Assembly: GCA_041659785.1 (NCBI GenBank)
Contig: JBAZXO010000001.1
Location: 86,941-150,940, forward strand
Reading direction: 5' to 3'
Length of the DNA: 64,000 bases
Origin: Minisyncoccota bacterium
GTDB lineage: Bacteria; Patescibacteriota; Minisyncoccia; Phycocordibacterales; UBA9973
Shown here piece by piece: positions 9,180-17,098 of this stretch. A program made the translations under genes and the position numbers. Under the pieces are notes generated by a model, which was not told the DNA's origin, searched no databases, and saw only the letters and a list, made by a program, of their open reading frames with translations. Position 1 is the stretch's first letter; every line of letters begins with the position of its first letter.

Positions 9180-10163
9180 GTGATAGTGAAAAATATCGTA
9201 ACAATTGGCGGGGGTACGGGTAGTTATACTGTCCTCTCAGGACTCAAACATATCCCAGATGTTTCTTTGTCTGCGCTTGTTTCTATGGCTGATGATGGCG
9301 GATCTACGGGGGTACTGAGGGATGAGCTCGGTGTATTGCCGCCTGGAGACGTTCGGCAATGTTTGGTGGCACTTTCTGAACATACCGATATAGTACGAAA
9401 GCTTATGAATTATAGGTTTAATGAAGGAACTCTTAAAGGACACAATTTTGGAAATATTTTCCTTGCAGCTCTGGAGAAAGTAACTGGAAATTTTATTGAA
9501 GGTGTCGAAGTGGCATCAGGAATTCTGAAAGTAAATGGTGTCGTGATACCCATAACGAGCAATAAGGCAGAATTATCTATATTGCTTTCCAATGGAAAAT
9601 TAATTGAAGGAGAAAATGAAATCAATCATTCAAATTTACAAGATGTCGGCATTGATAAGATTTTTTATAAAGACAATGTAGAATTAAACGAACACGCGAA
9701 AGAGGCTCTGTTAAAAGCTGATTATGTTATTCTCGGCCCCGGGAATTATTATTGTTCCCTTGTTCCAAATTTGATTGTGAATGGTTTTAAAGAAGCTATT
9801 ATAGAAAGTAAAGCGAAAATTATTCTGCCTATTAACCTCACAAATAAATTAGGACATACTACAAACTTCAAAGTAAGTAACTATGTGAACGATGTAGAGA
9901 AATATCTCGGTAAATTAGTCGATGTTATTTTAGTTAATAATGAAGAGCCATCAGCCGAACAAGTAGAACGATATAAACTTTTAGAAGGTGATGGTGTGCT
10001 CATCGAAGATGACTTCAAGGACGACAGAGTCGTCAGAGCTCCCCTGCTCTCGCATGTATTTTTCGAAAGAGCAGCTGCTGATGTTATACCCAGCACTAAA
10101 GGATTCATCCGTCACGATTCTGAAAAATTAGCTAACCGTATAAAAGAAATAATAAATAAATGA
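9180..10163 (+). CDS. yvcK: YvcK/GlmR (UPF0052) family protein
   Basis: GGGTG, DDGGSTG.LR, PPGD.RQC and RHD motifs. Confidence 0.92.
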   Translation: MIVKNIVTIGGGTGSYTVLSGLKHIPDVSLSALVSMADDGGSTGVLRDELGVLPPGDVRQCLVALSEHTDIVRKLMNYRFNEGTLKGHNFGNIFLAALEKVTGNFIEGVEVASGILKVNGVVIPITSNKAELSILLSNGKLIEGENEINHSNLQDVGIDKIFYKDNVELNEHAKEALLKADYVILGPGNYYCSLVPNLIVNGFKEAIIESKAKIILPINLTNKLGHTTNFKVSNYVNDVEKYLGKLVDVILVNNEEPSAEQVERYKLLEGDGVLIEDDFKDDRVVRAPLLSHVFFERAAADVIPSTKGFIRHDSEKLANRIKEIINK

Positions 10164-10191
10164 AGTATGTTGAGGAATTTAGTTCGTAATT

Positions 10192-12060
10192 TTATACTAT
10201 TTGTGACACGCGTAGTGCGTTGATGATGACTATTAGGTCTATCACCTCTTGGATCAAGGCTCCTGCAAGTGGTGAGATGATCCCTACGCTTCCTAATATC
10301 ATTGCGCCTACGCTTAATCCAATACCGATAAAGATACCTTGCTTGGCTACATTGATGGTCTTTTGAGCTATGTGGTAAACATCATGGATACGATTGATGC
10401 CTTCGCCTAATATCACCATGTCGGCGCTCTCGCTCGAAGCTGTCTTCCCTTTTGAGCCTAAAGCAATGCCTACTTCTGCTTGAGCTAGTGCCGGAGCATC
10501 GTTGATACCATCACCCACCATGACACAAGGCCTGTCAGTAGCTGGTATTTCTTTAATTATTCGCAATTTGTCTTCTGGTAAACACTCTGAATGAACTTCT
10601 TTTATATTTAACGCTATCCCTATTCTATCTGCGACACTTTGCTTGTCGCCAGAGAGTAAAATAATTCTCTGAATGCCATCCTTGCGTAATTCATCGAAAA
10701 GTTCATGTGAATCACTACGAAGTTTGTCATCGAGAACAATATAACCCATCACACTTTTTTCATGTGCCAAGAAGACTACAGACTTCCCTTCATTTTTAAA
10801 TTCTTCTAAAGTTTTTTCAATGTCTCCTGGAAGATCCGCGATAAATTTCTTAACATAAGACAATTTTCCAAAGATATATTTTACACCATCCACATTTCCT
10901 TCCACTCCACCACCGAATTCTTCTTTAAAATCTGTAGGAAATGAAAGTTTTAATTTTCTTTTTTCTGCTTCATTTACCATGGCTTCTGCGAGTACATGAG
11001 CGGAGAGCTGGTCGAGTGATCCAGCGATACGTACGAGCTTGTCTTCATCTCCTTCATAAGAGAAAACTCTATCTATCTGTGGTGTGCCTATTGTTACTGT
11101 CCCTGTTTTATCAAAAACGAAGCTTCGCGCTTCGGCGAGCTTTTCTAATGCTCCACCATTCTTCACAATTATTCCATGTTTTGTTATCTTGCTCATGCCT
11201 GAAATTATTGCGATAGGAGTAGCTAATATGAGTGGGCATGGTGTGGCTACCACGAGTACTGCGAGCATCCGAACGATGTCATGTGTCAGAAACCATGTAC
11301 CTCCGGCAAATATGAATGTAGTAATAGTAAAATAAACACTGTATCGATCAGCGAGTCTTATCATTGGTGCACGACTTTGTTCTGCTTCTTGTACTAGTTT
11401 TACTATGTGTGCATAAGAGCTTTCACTTGCGAGCTTCGTCACTAGGAGCGTCATTGTACTGTTTTGATTTACTGTTCCAGAGTATACGAATGATCCTTCA
11501 CTTTTTTGTCCGGGGTTGCTCTCTCCAGACAGAGTTGATTCATCAACATAAGTATTTCCTTCTTCGACTATTCCATCGATAGGTATCACTTCTCCAGGTT
11601 TGACCATGACTTTTTGTCCTATTTGTACTTCTTCTATTGGGACATCTGTAATAGTTTTTCCATCAGTTAAATGAGCTTTGTTGGGTGCTCTCGAAAGTAA
11701 TAGAGATAAGTCTCGACGTGCTCGGAAGAATGCATAGCTCTCGAGTGCTTCTCCACCTGAGAGCATTAAAAGGATTATCAATCCGGCTAAATATTGACCG
11801 AAAAAGAATGTAGCAAATAATGCGACGCTCGCGATCAGGTCGACTCCTAGATTTTTTTTAATTATTTCTTTAATTAAGTTAAACCATATTTGTATTGAGC
11901 CGAAGAAAAGTACCCATTTTAATATTTCTTTCCCTAATTCATCTTTTCCATCTAAATATAAAAAAATATATAAAAGTATAGACAAAATACTCACGAAAGT
12001 TATCACAAGGGTAAGTATTTTTTCTTTTAAAACTGATTTTATAAAATTGTTAAAATTCAT
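10192..12060 (-). CDS. Heavy-metal P1B-type ATPase (P1B-5-like)
   Basis: DKTGT, LSGES and GDGINDAPAL motifs; TPCP in TM6 and QEVID in the last helix. Confidence 0.92.
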   Translation of the reverse strand: MNFNNFIKSVLKEKILTLVITFVSILSILLYIFLYLDGKDELGKEILKWVLFFGSIQIWFNLIKEIIKKNLGVDLIASVALFATFFFGQYLAGLIILLMLSGGEALESYAFFRARRDLSLLLSRAPNKAHLTDGKTITDVPIEEVQIGQKVMVKPGEVIPIDGIVEEGNTYVDESTLSGESNPGQKSEGSFVYSGTVNQNSTMTLLVTKLASESSYAHIVKLVQEAEQSRAPMIRLADRYSVYFTITTFIFAGGTWFLTHDIVRMLAVLVVATPCPLILATPIAIISGMSKITKHGIIVKNGGALEKLAEARSFVFDKTGTVTIGTPQIDRVFSYEGDEDKLVRIAGSLDQLSAHVLAEAMVNEAEKRKLKLSFPTDFKEEFGGGVEGNVDGVKYIFGKLSYVKKFIADLPGDIEKTLEEFKNEGKSVVFLAHEKSVMGYIVLDDKLRSDSHELFDELRKDGIQRIILLSGDKQSVADRIGIALNIKEVHSECLPEDKLRIIKEIPATDRPCVMVGDGINDAPALAQAEVGIALGSKGKTASSESADMVILGEGINRIHDVYHIAQKTINVAKQGIFIGIGLSVGAMILGSVGIISPLAGALIQEVIDLIVIINALRVSQIV

Positions 12061-12064
12061 ATTT

Positions 12065-13153
12065 TTATTTTACCATATTGGACAGTACAGGCTCGGTATC
12101 AACAGGTAAAATATTGAATCGAAGGTGGCCGATAGTTTGGCCCAATTGTGTTTTGATATTTACTCGCCATTTCCCAGGAGATAAATCTAAACGCATTGAA
12201 TATGTTCGGAAGCCCCCATCTCGTCCACCGACGACAGGTAGACTGATCGTTCTTTCTGTCAGCCATTTACTTTGTGTCTCATCATAATGTTGCCATTCAT
12301 GAAGAATTGTAAGGTTAAGGTTTTTAGGAGAGAAAATAGCACTAAAAGCATACACAGGCTCTCCATAAACTTGCCTAAAGTCTGGATATAGATTGAAATA
12401 TCCTCTCCAGCCATAGTTTTCATAGGTTACGTCATAGTTCCCTTCTACATTTTTTTGTAGTGAGTGATACATGCCAGCATCTTTAAGAGAAAGAGGAATA
12501 GGTGGAATTAAATTTGTAAAATACAAAAAGTTAACTAATATAAAAATACCTAAAATCAAAAATACAATTAATTTTTTACTTTCAGTAAATTTATCTTTTA
12601 TAAAATGGAATAAAATTAAAAGAAATAGTGTAATAAAAATTAAGCTAATGAGTCCGGAAAGTAGAAATATTCCATCTCCAATTTTATGCAAGACTACAGG
12701 TATCAAGAAAATTGCAAATGAATAAACAGACAAGAAGAATAAACTTATTTGGAAACTTAGTCTGATGTAATGCCTCTTGAAGGATTCATTGGCAATAAAG
12801 GTGATGGCAAGCAAGGCAATGAATGGCCATGTCACCCAGATATCAGAACTTCTGAAATAAAATACTAAATAAGTAGAGAGAATTCCTCCAAAGAAAAATT
12901 GCAGTATGTTTACATACCAAAAATGTGCCTTTCCTGGGTCTTTCTCGCCACCTTCTTCATTTTCCCTCACGTGTATAAGTATGATAAAAATAGCAATGAT
13001 TATAAGGTGGCCTAAAATCCAAACATTTTCCCATAAAGTATCTACACGTTTTAAAGTAAAAATATCAAAAAGGAATCCGAAGACAAGGGATAAAGATGAA
13101 ATCGGACGTTCGAAACGTCCGTAAAAATTAGCAATAGGTTTCCAGAAAAACAT
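12065..13153 (-). CDS. DUF2914 family membrane protein
   Basis: Multiple TM helices, IPPIPLSL, GGRDGGFRTYS and GKWRVNI. Confidence 0.8.
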   Translation of the reverse strand: MFFWKPIANFYGRFERPISSLSLVFGFLFDIFTLKRVDTLWENVWILGHLIIIAIFIILIHVRENEEGGEKDPGKAHFWYVNILQFFFGGILSTYLVFYFRSSDIWVTWPFIALLAITFIANESFKRHYIRLSFQISLFFLSVYSFAIFLIPVVLHKIGDGIFLLSGLISLIFITLFLLILFHFIKDKFTESKKLIVFLILGIFILVNFLYFTNLIPPIPLSLKDAGMYHSLQKNVEGNYDVTYENYGWRGYFNLYPDFRQVYGEPVYAFSAIFSPKNLNLTILHEWQHYDETQSKWLTERTISLPVVGGRDGGFRTYSMRLDLSPGKWRVNIKTQLGQTIGHLRFNILPVDTEPVLSNMVK

Positions 13154-13184
13154 AATTTAACTATAACATTTTTCGTCGCTTCTA

Positions 13185-13574
13185 TTAGTTCGTTACTACT
13201 ACTGTACCCGTCATTGACGGATGGATACTGCAACGATAAGAATAAGTGCCGGCTTTAGTAAAATTGAAACTATAGGTTTGATTTTGCCCTAAGGGTGAGC
13301 TTTTAAGGTCTCCACCCGTTACAGTATGAGACATCGTATCTTTATTGGTCCAGACTATTTCTTCCCCTTTCTTCACAGTTATTGTGGGTGGAACGAATGC
13401 AAAGTTAGAGATACTGACATTATTAGTAACTTTATTTACAACGGGAGCTAGATTTGATTCTGGAGTGGTGGACTTAACTGTTGGAGTAGTGGTAACTGTA
13501 CCTTTCAATGCATAATATCCACCTCCGACGATAATCAAGATTACTATCAAACCGATAAATATATTTTTATTCAT
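13185..13574 (-). CDS. Cupredoxin (plastocyanin/amicyanin-like)
   Basis: Type 1 copper ligands H(TVT)...C-SI-H-PS-M; N-terminal anchor. Confidence 0.9.
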   Translation of the reverse strand: MNKNIFIGLIVILIIVGGGYYALKGTVTTTPTVKSTTPESNLAPVVNKVTNNVSISNFAFVPPTITVKKGEEIVWTNKDTMSHTVTGGDLKSSPLGQNQTYSFNFTKAGTYSYRCSIHPSMTGTVVVTN

Positions 13575-13647
13575 AAATTTTATTATAAGTTATTTGTAAT
13601 AATTTAATTATGTGCCAATAAAAAAGAAATGCAAATTTGGTACAAAT

Positions 13648-14052
13648 TTATTTAATTAAACGAACATGAATAGTCACAGTTCCAGATTGATTGGGCTTAT
13701 TAGAGTCACTTACGATTTCATCAAATATTGCTTCAATATGTTTATCTTCACCCGCGATAATAACCTTTTCACGCGGTTTGGGTACTCTATCATAAAATTT
13801 AACACCAGATATATCTAATTCGCCATTTATTTTTAGTATATCTAGCTGACGATTGCTTACTAATATATTTTGAGCACGGCTCAACCTTTCGTCTTTTATT
13901 CTTCTGTGCATTTCTTCAGCTAATTCTTTTCTCGCTTCAAGCATTTCATTCTTTTGTTTTTTATCAAAATTTCTATCAGGGGCAAATTCACTATCGGGGT
14001 CTGGTTTTTTATGATTTGGTTTTTTAGGTGGAAAGCTTCTCTCGATGCTCAT
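13648..14052 (-). CDS. Hypothetical protein
   Basis: 134-aa ORF with no motif I recognise. Confidence 0.55.
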   Translation of the reverse strand: MSIERSFPPKKPNHKKPDPDSEFAPDRNFDKKQKNEMLEARKELAEEMHRRIKDERLSRAQNILVSNRQLDILKINGELDISGVKFYDRVPKPREKVIIAGEDKHIEAIFDEIVSDSNKPNQSGTVTIHVRLIK

Positions 14053-14072
14053 AGTTTTATGGTGTATTAAAG

Positions 14073-14366
14073 CTACTTAAGTAAAAGATATAAAATAAAG
14101 AAAAGAGCCACGAAACAAGCGAAGAAGCCTACGGTTTTACCGAAGAAGGCTACAGCTTCTTGTTTATGATTTTCGAAATAGAGATTTAATGGCTCATATA
14201 AAAACAAATATCCCATTACGAGGACAGACAATACGAGGAGCCCTAGCATCCCCATGGGTATCATTATAGTTTTCCCGGGTATATAGGAGCTTGTCGCGTT
14301 TACACCAAGAACGAGGATGGCTATATATAAGGCAGCTGCTAATGCATGTATAAATGGTTTTTTCAT
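14073..14366 (-). CDS. Small three-TM membrane protein
   Basis: Hydrophobic helices; TGCTATAAT 6 nt upstream of the ATG. Confidence 0.7.
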   Translation of the reverse strand: MKKPFIHALAAALYIAILVLGVNATSSYIPGKTIMIPMGMLGLLVLSVLVMGYLFLYEPLNLYFENHKQEAVAFFGKTVGFFACFVALFFILYLLLK

Positions 14367-14383
14367 TGTTTTATTATAGCAGA

Positions 14384-15085
14384 TTATTTAATTGATAAAT
14401 ACATCTTTCTTTTGTCATCCCTGAGCCTTTCTATGGAATACCTTAGTGTAGTTCTTGGCATATTTGTGATGTTTTCGTTTAAAAATTTTTCTAGAGTCGG
14501 CTCGGACTTTTTACCTACTTCACGCAACATCCATCCGACTGCTTTGTGGATGAGGTCGTGTTTATCAGGCAAAAGTATCCTCGCTAATTTTAGCGTATCT
14601 TTAAAATCATTGTTCCTGATAAAAGCAAAAGTAGAAATAATAGCAATTCTCCTGTCCCAGAGTGTCTTAGACTTTACAAGTTTATAAAGCACTGATCTAT
14701 CTTGCTTAAGTAAATAATCACCCAAGATGTAAGGTGCTGAAGTATCCACCAAGTCCCAATTATTTATATTCTTTTTATTTTTTAAATAAAATTTTACTAT
14801 TTCTCCTTTTTCCTTTTCTTTTGCATTTTCGTATTTAAAAACAAGAATCTCTAAAGCGACAAATCGATGTTCGTGCATGCCACTTACGAGAAGCTTCCTC
14901 ACATCATTCAAATTAAGGTTTATATATTTCTTGGCTACCACCCTCTGTGCTGAAACAGTAATCCCTAAAAATTTATCCCCCTCTGCATATTCGCCTTTAC
15001 CGGTTTTGAAAAATCTTTGGAGAATTTTTGCTTTGAGCGGGTTTGCAAGTAATTTTAATTCTTTTATAACGTCAACTGAGTTCAT
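14384..15085 (-). CDS. DNA alkylation repair protein (AlkD-like HEAT-repeat glycosylase)
   Basis: FFKTGKGEYAEGD, NNWDLVD and HKAVGWMLREVGK motifs. Confidence 0.9.
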   Translation of the reverse strand: MNSVDVIKELKLLANPLKAKILQRFFKTGKGEYAEGDKFLGITVSAQRVVAKKYINLNLNDVRKLLVSGMHEHRFVALEILVFKYENAKEKEKGEIVKFYLKNKKNINNWDLVDTSAPYILGDYLLKQDRSVLYKLVKSKTLWDRRIAIISTFAFIRNNDFKDTLKLARILLPDKHDLIHKAVGWMLREVGKKSEPTLEKFLNENITNMPRTTLRYSIERLRDDKRKMYLSIK

Positions 15086-15090
15086 AATTT

Positions 15091-15408
15091 TTAATTAAAT
15101 TCAAACAGAACATCTCGAAAGTTTTCAATCCTGTTATTTTTATCAAGTTTAATTCCCTCTTTTTTGTATAAAACTAGCCTTGTCTTTGCATATTTATCAT
15201 TTAGCCACACCTTCCCATCTGCATATACTATACGATGAAATGGTATGTTCTTTTGCCCCGCCTCATAAGCTTTACCCAAGATGGCAGTGATGCTCTGCGA
15301 AGCCATAGGCCCTGCACCCGCTGCGCGAGCTATCCTGCCATATGTAGTGATTCTTCCTTTAGGAATCTCCAATGCTATTTCCACCACTCGTTCACTAAAA
15401 GTTTTCAT
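15091..15408 (-). CDS. Alkyltransferase-like (ATL) protein
   Basis: IP.G..TTYG.IA HTH; active-site PCHR is replaced by PFHR. Confidence 0.8.
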   Translation of the reverse strand: MKTFSERVVEIALEIPKGRITTYGRIARAAGAGPMASQSITAILGKAYEAGQKNIPFHRIVYADGKVWLNDKYAKTRLVLYKKEGIKLDKNNRIENFRDVLFEFN

Positions 15409-15410
15409 AA

Positions 15411-15980
15411 CTATACTAAAATTTTAGCCCTTGCTTTTTTCCAATCCTCTTTTAGTAAACCGTATATATTTTGATCATGGAACTTACCGTTTGCCTTGCA
15501 CCTCTTAATTTTTCTTTGTATTCCTTCTAGTTTATACCCCATTTTCAATTGAGTGGCATTAGAAGCTTTGTTATTTGTCGCTACAGTAGAATTTAATCTT
15601 ATAAATTTGAGTTTATTAAACGCATAATCATTTAAAGCTATTTTTGCTTCAGTTATATACCCTTTTCTCCAATATTTTTTATTAATCCAGGACCCCGTTG
15701 TACCGTTTTGAGAATAGGTATCAATTTTATAAATACCAATAGCACCGATAACTTTCTTCTCAGATTTTAACTCAATAAAAAATTCTAGCTCGTTTTTGAT
15801 TTTTTGTTTCCAGCTTTTATTAATCTTTTTAATATATTCTTGTGCATCCTTTTTTGTATAAGGATAAGGTACAGTTGAAAGCATTTTTGAAACGTCATAT
15901 TCACCGGCCCCCTCCATGAGGTCCTTCCAGTCATCTTTTCGGGGTTCTCTGATGATTAATCTCTTGGTTTCTAATTGCAT
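15411..15980 (-). CDS. RimJ/RimL family GNAT acetyltransferase
   Basis: LETKRLIIR, YWRKGYITEA and N.AS motifs. Confidence 0.88.
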   Translation of the reverse strand: MQLETKRLIIREPRKDDWKDLMEGAGEYDVSKMLSTVPYPYTKKDAQEYIKKINKSWKQKIKNELEFFIELKSEKKVIGAIGIYKIDTYSQNGTTGSWINKKYWRKGYITEAKIALNDYAFNKLKFIRLNSTVATNNKASNATQLKMGYKLEGIQRKIKRCKANGKFHDQNIYGLLKEDWKKARAKILV

Positions 15981-15992
15981 AATTTTATTATA

Positions 15993-16229
15993 TCAGATTA
16001 ATTCTAATTTTTCAGACCTTTTTAATCCTTTGATCTTAGCCTCTTCTTTTAAAGCGGTGGATCTGGTTTTAAATTTTTTTGAGTAAACTAACTTTACTGG
16101 TCGGCGACCAGAAGTATATTTCGCGCCTAATTTACTACTATTATGTTCAATGACTCTACGTTTCAAATCTGTAGTAATTCCAGTGTATAAAGTCTTATCA
16201 GCGCACTTGAGAATATATACGTAATACAT
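15993..16229 (-). CDS. GIY-YIG nuclease (UPF0213-like)
   Basis: YYVYILKC.D.TLYTGIT.D..RR..EHN...GAKYT. Start corrected to 16229. Confidence 0.92.
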   Translation of the reverse strand: MYYVYILKCADKTLYTGITTDLKRRVIEHNSSKLGAKYTSGRRPVKLVYSKKFKTRSTALKEEAKIKGLKRSEKLELI

Positions 16230-16236
16230 TATTTTA

Positions 16237-16533
16237 TTATATAAAACTAACTCCTTCTTTGAGAAGCAATGCATGTTTAGTTTTGGTTCCGCCTTTTCCA
16301 GAATATCCACCGAGGGAACCATCGCTCCTGATAACTCTGTGACAAGGAATAGTTATAGGCATAGGATTAGCGCCGACAGCATTCGCCACCGCACGCACAG
16401 CCTTCGGCTTGCCGATCTTCTTCGCAAGTTCTTTGTATGTGAGAGTCTTCCCTTTTGGAATATCAAGCAATGCCTTCCAAACCTTTTTCTGGAATGCTGT
16501 ACCCTTTAGTTTTTCAATATCAGTTGAACGCAT
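16237..16533 (-). CDS. ogt: Methylated-DNA-protein-cysteine methyltransferase (C-terminal domain only)
   Basis: GT.FQ.KVW, RAVANA and intact PCHRV motifs. Confidence 0.9.
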   Translation of the reverse strand: MRSTDIEKLKGTAFQKKVWKALLDIPKGKTLTYKELAKKIGKPKAVRAVANAVGANPMPITIPCHRVIRSDGSLGGYSGKGGTKTKHALLLKEGVSFI

Positions 16534-16535
16534 TA

Positions 16536-16928
16536 TTATTCAGGCTTGTTGTATTGAGATAGACCAAGGATGTTCCCTTCGGAATCCTTAAACCAAGCGA
16601 GGAAGCCCATAGATCCGTTTTCCCCTAGTGGAGTTTTGCCTTTTACGACAAAACCGCCATTTTCAACAATTTTACTCAAAGCTAAGTCCATATCTGGAAC
16701 ATCAACATAAAACATTGGATACGGCATACTAGGGTCACGCTTACTAGAACCCCCGTTTATAAAACCATATTCAGTTGGCTGCATTTTCGCATCTACCGGC
16801 CCAGTCTGCCAGCTTGTATAACTAAATTGCTCCCACTCAAATGGCTTCCAATCAAAAACGTTCTGATAAAATTTCTTCGCTCGCTCCTTGTCATCCCAAG
16901 GAAATTCAAAATGTGTAACTTTGTTCAT
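16536..16928 (-). CDS. VOC/glyoxalase family protein
   Basis: HFE...D.ERAKKFY..VF.W and F.DSEGNILGL. Confidence 0.9.
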   Translation of the reverse strand: MNKVTHFEFPWDDKERAKKFYQNVFDWKPFEWEQFSYTSWQTGPVDAKMQPTEYGFINGGSSKRDPSMPYPMFYVDVPDMDLALSKIVENGGFVVKGKTPLGENGSMGFLAWFKDSEGNILGLSQYNKPE

Positions 16929-16997
16929 CCCGTTATTATACTAATAATATAGATTTTTTCAAAGATTTATGTTATAAATTATAGGCTTTTAAAGCAT

Positions 16998-17068
16998 TGG
17001 GAGATCGTCTAACGGTAGGACAGAGGCCTTTGAAGCCTTTAATCTAGGTTCGATTCCTAGTCTCCCAG
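16998..17068 (+). tRNA. tRNA-Gln(TTG)
   Basis: TGGGAGA/TCTCCCA acceptor stem, anticodon loop CTTTGAA, GGTTCGATTCC T arm. Confidence 0.95.
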
Positions 17069-17098
17069 CAAGATTAAGTTTTTAGTACTCAAATATAA

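Noticed and set aside
13103-13121. cggacgtt-cga-aacgtccg palindrome in DUF2914 resembling the gacg family
   Set aside because: It is short and I cannot show an indel, so it may be a coding coincidence.
16230-16322. N-terminal extension of the GIY-YIG ORF overlapping ogt
   Set aside because: The family begins at MYYVYIL, and a -10 box sits 6 nt upstream of 16229.
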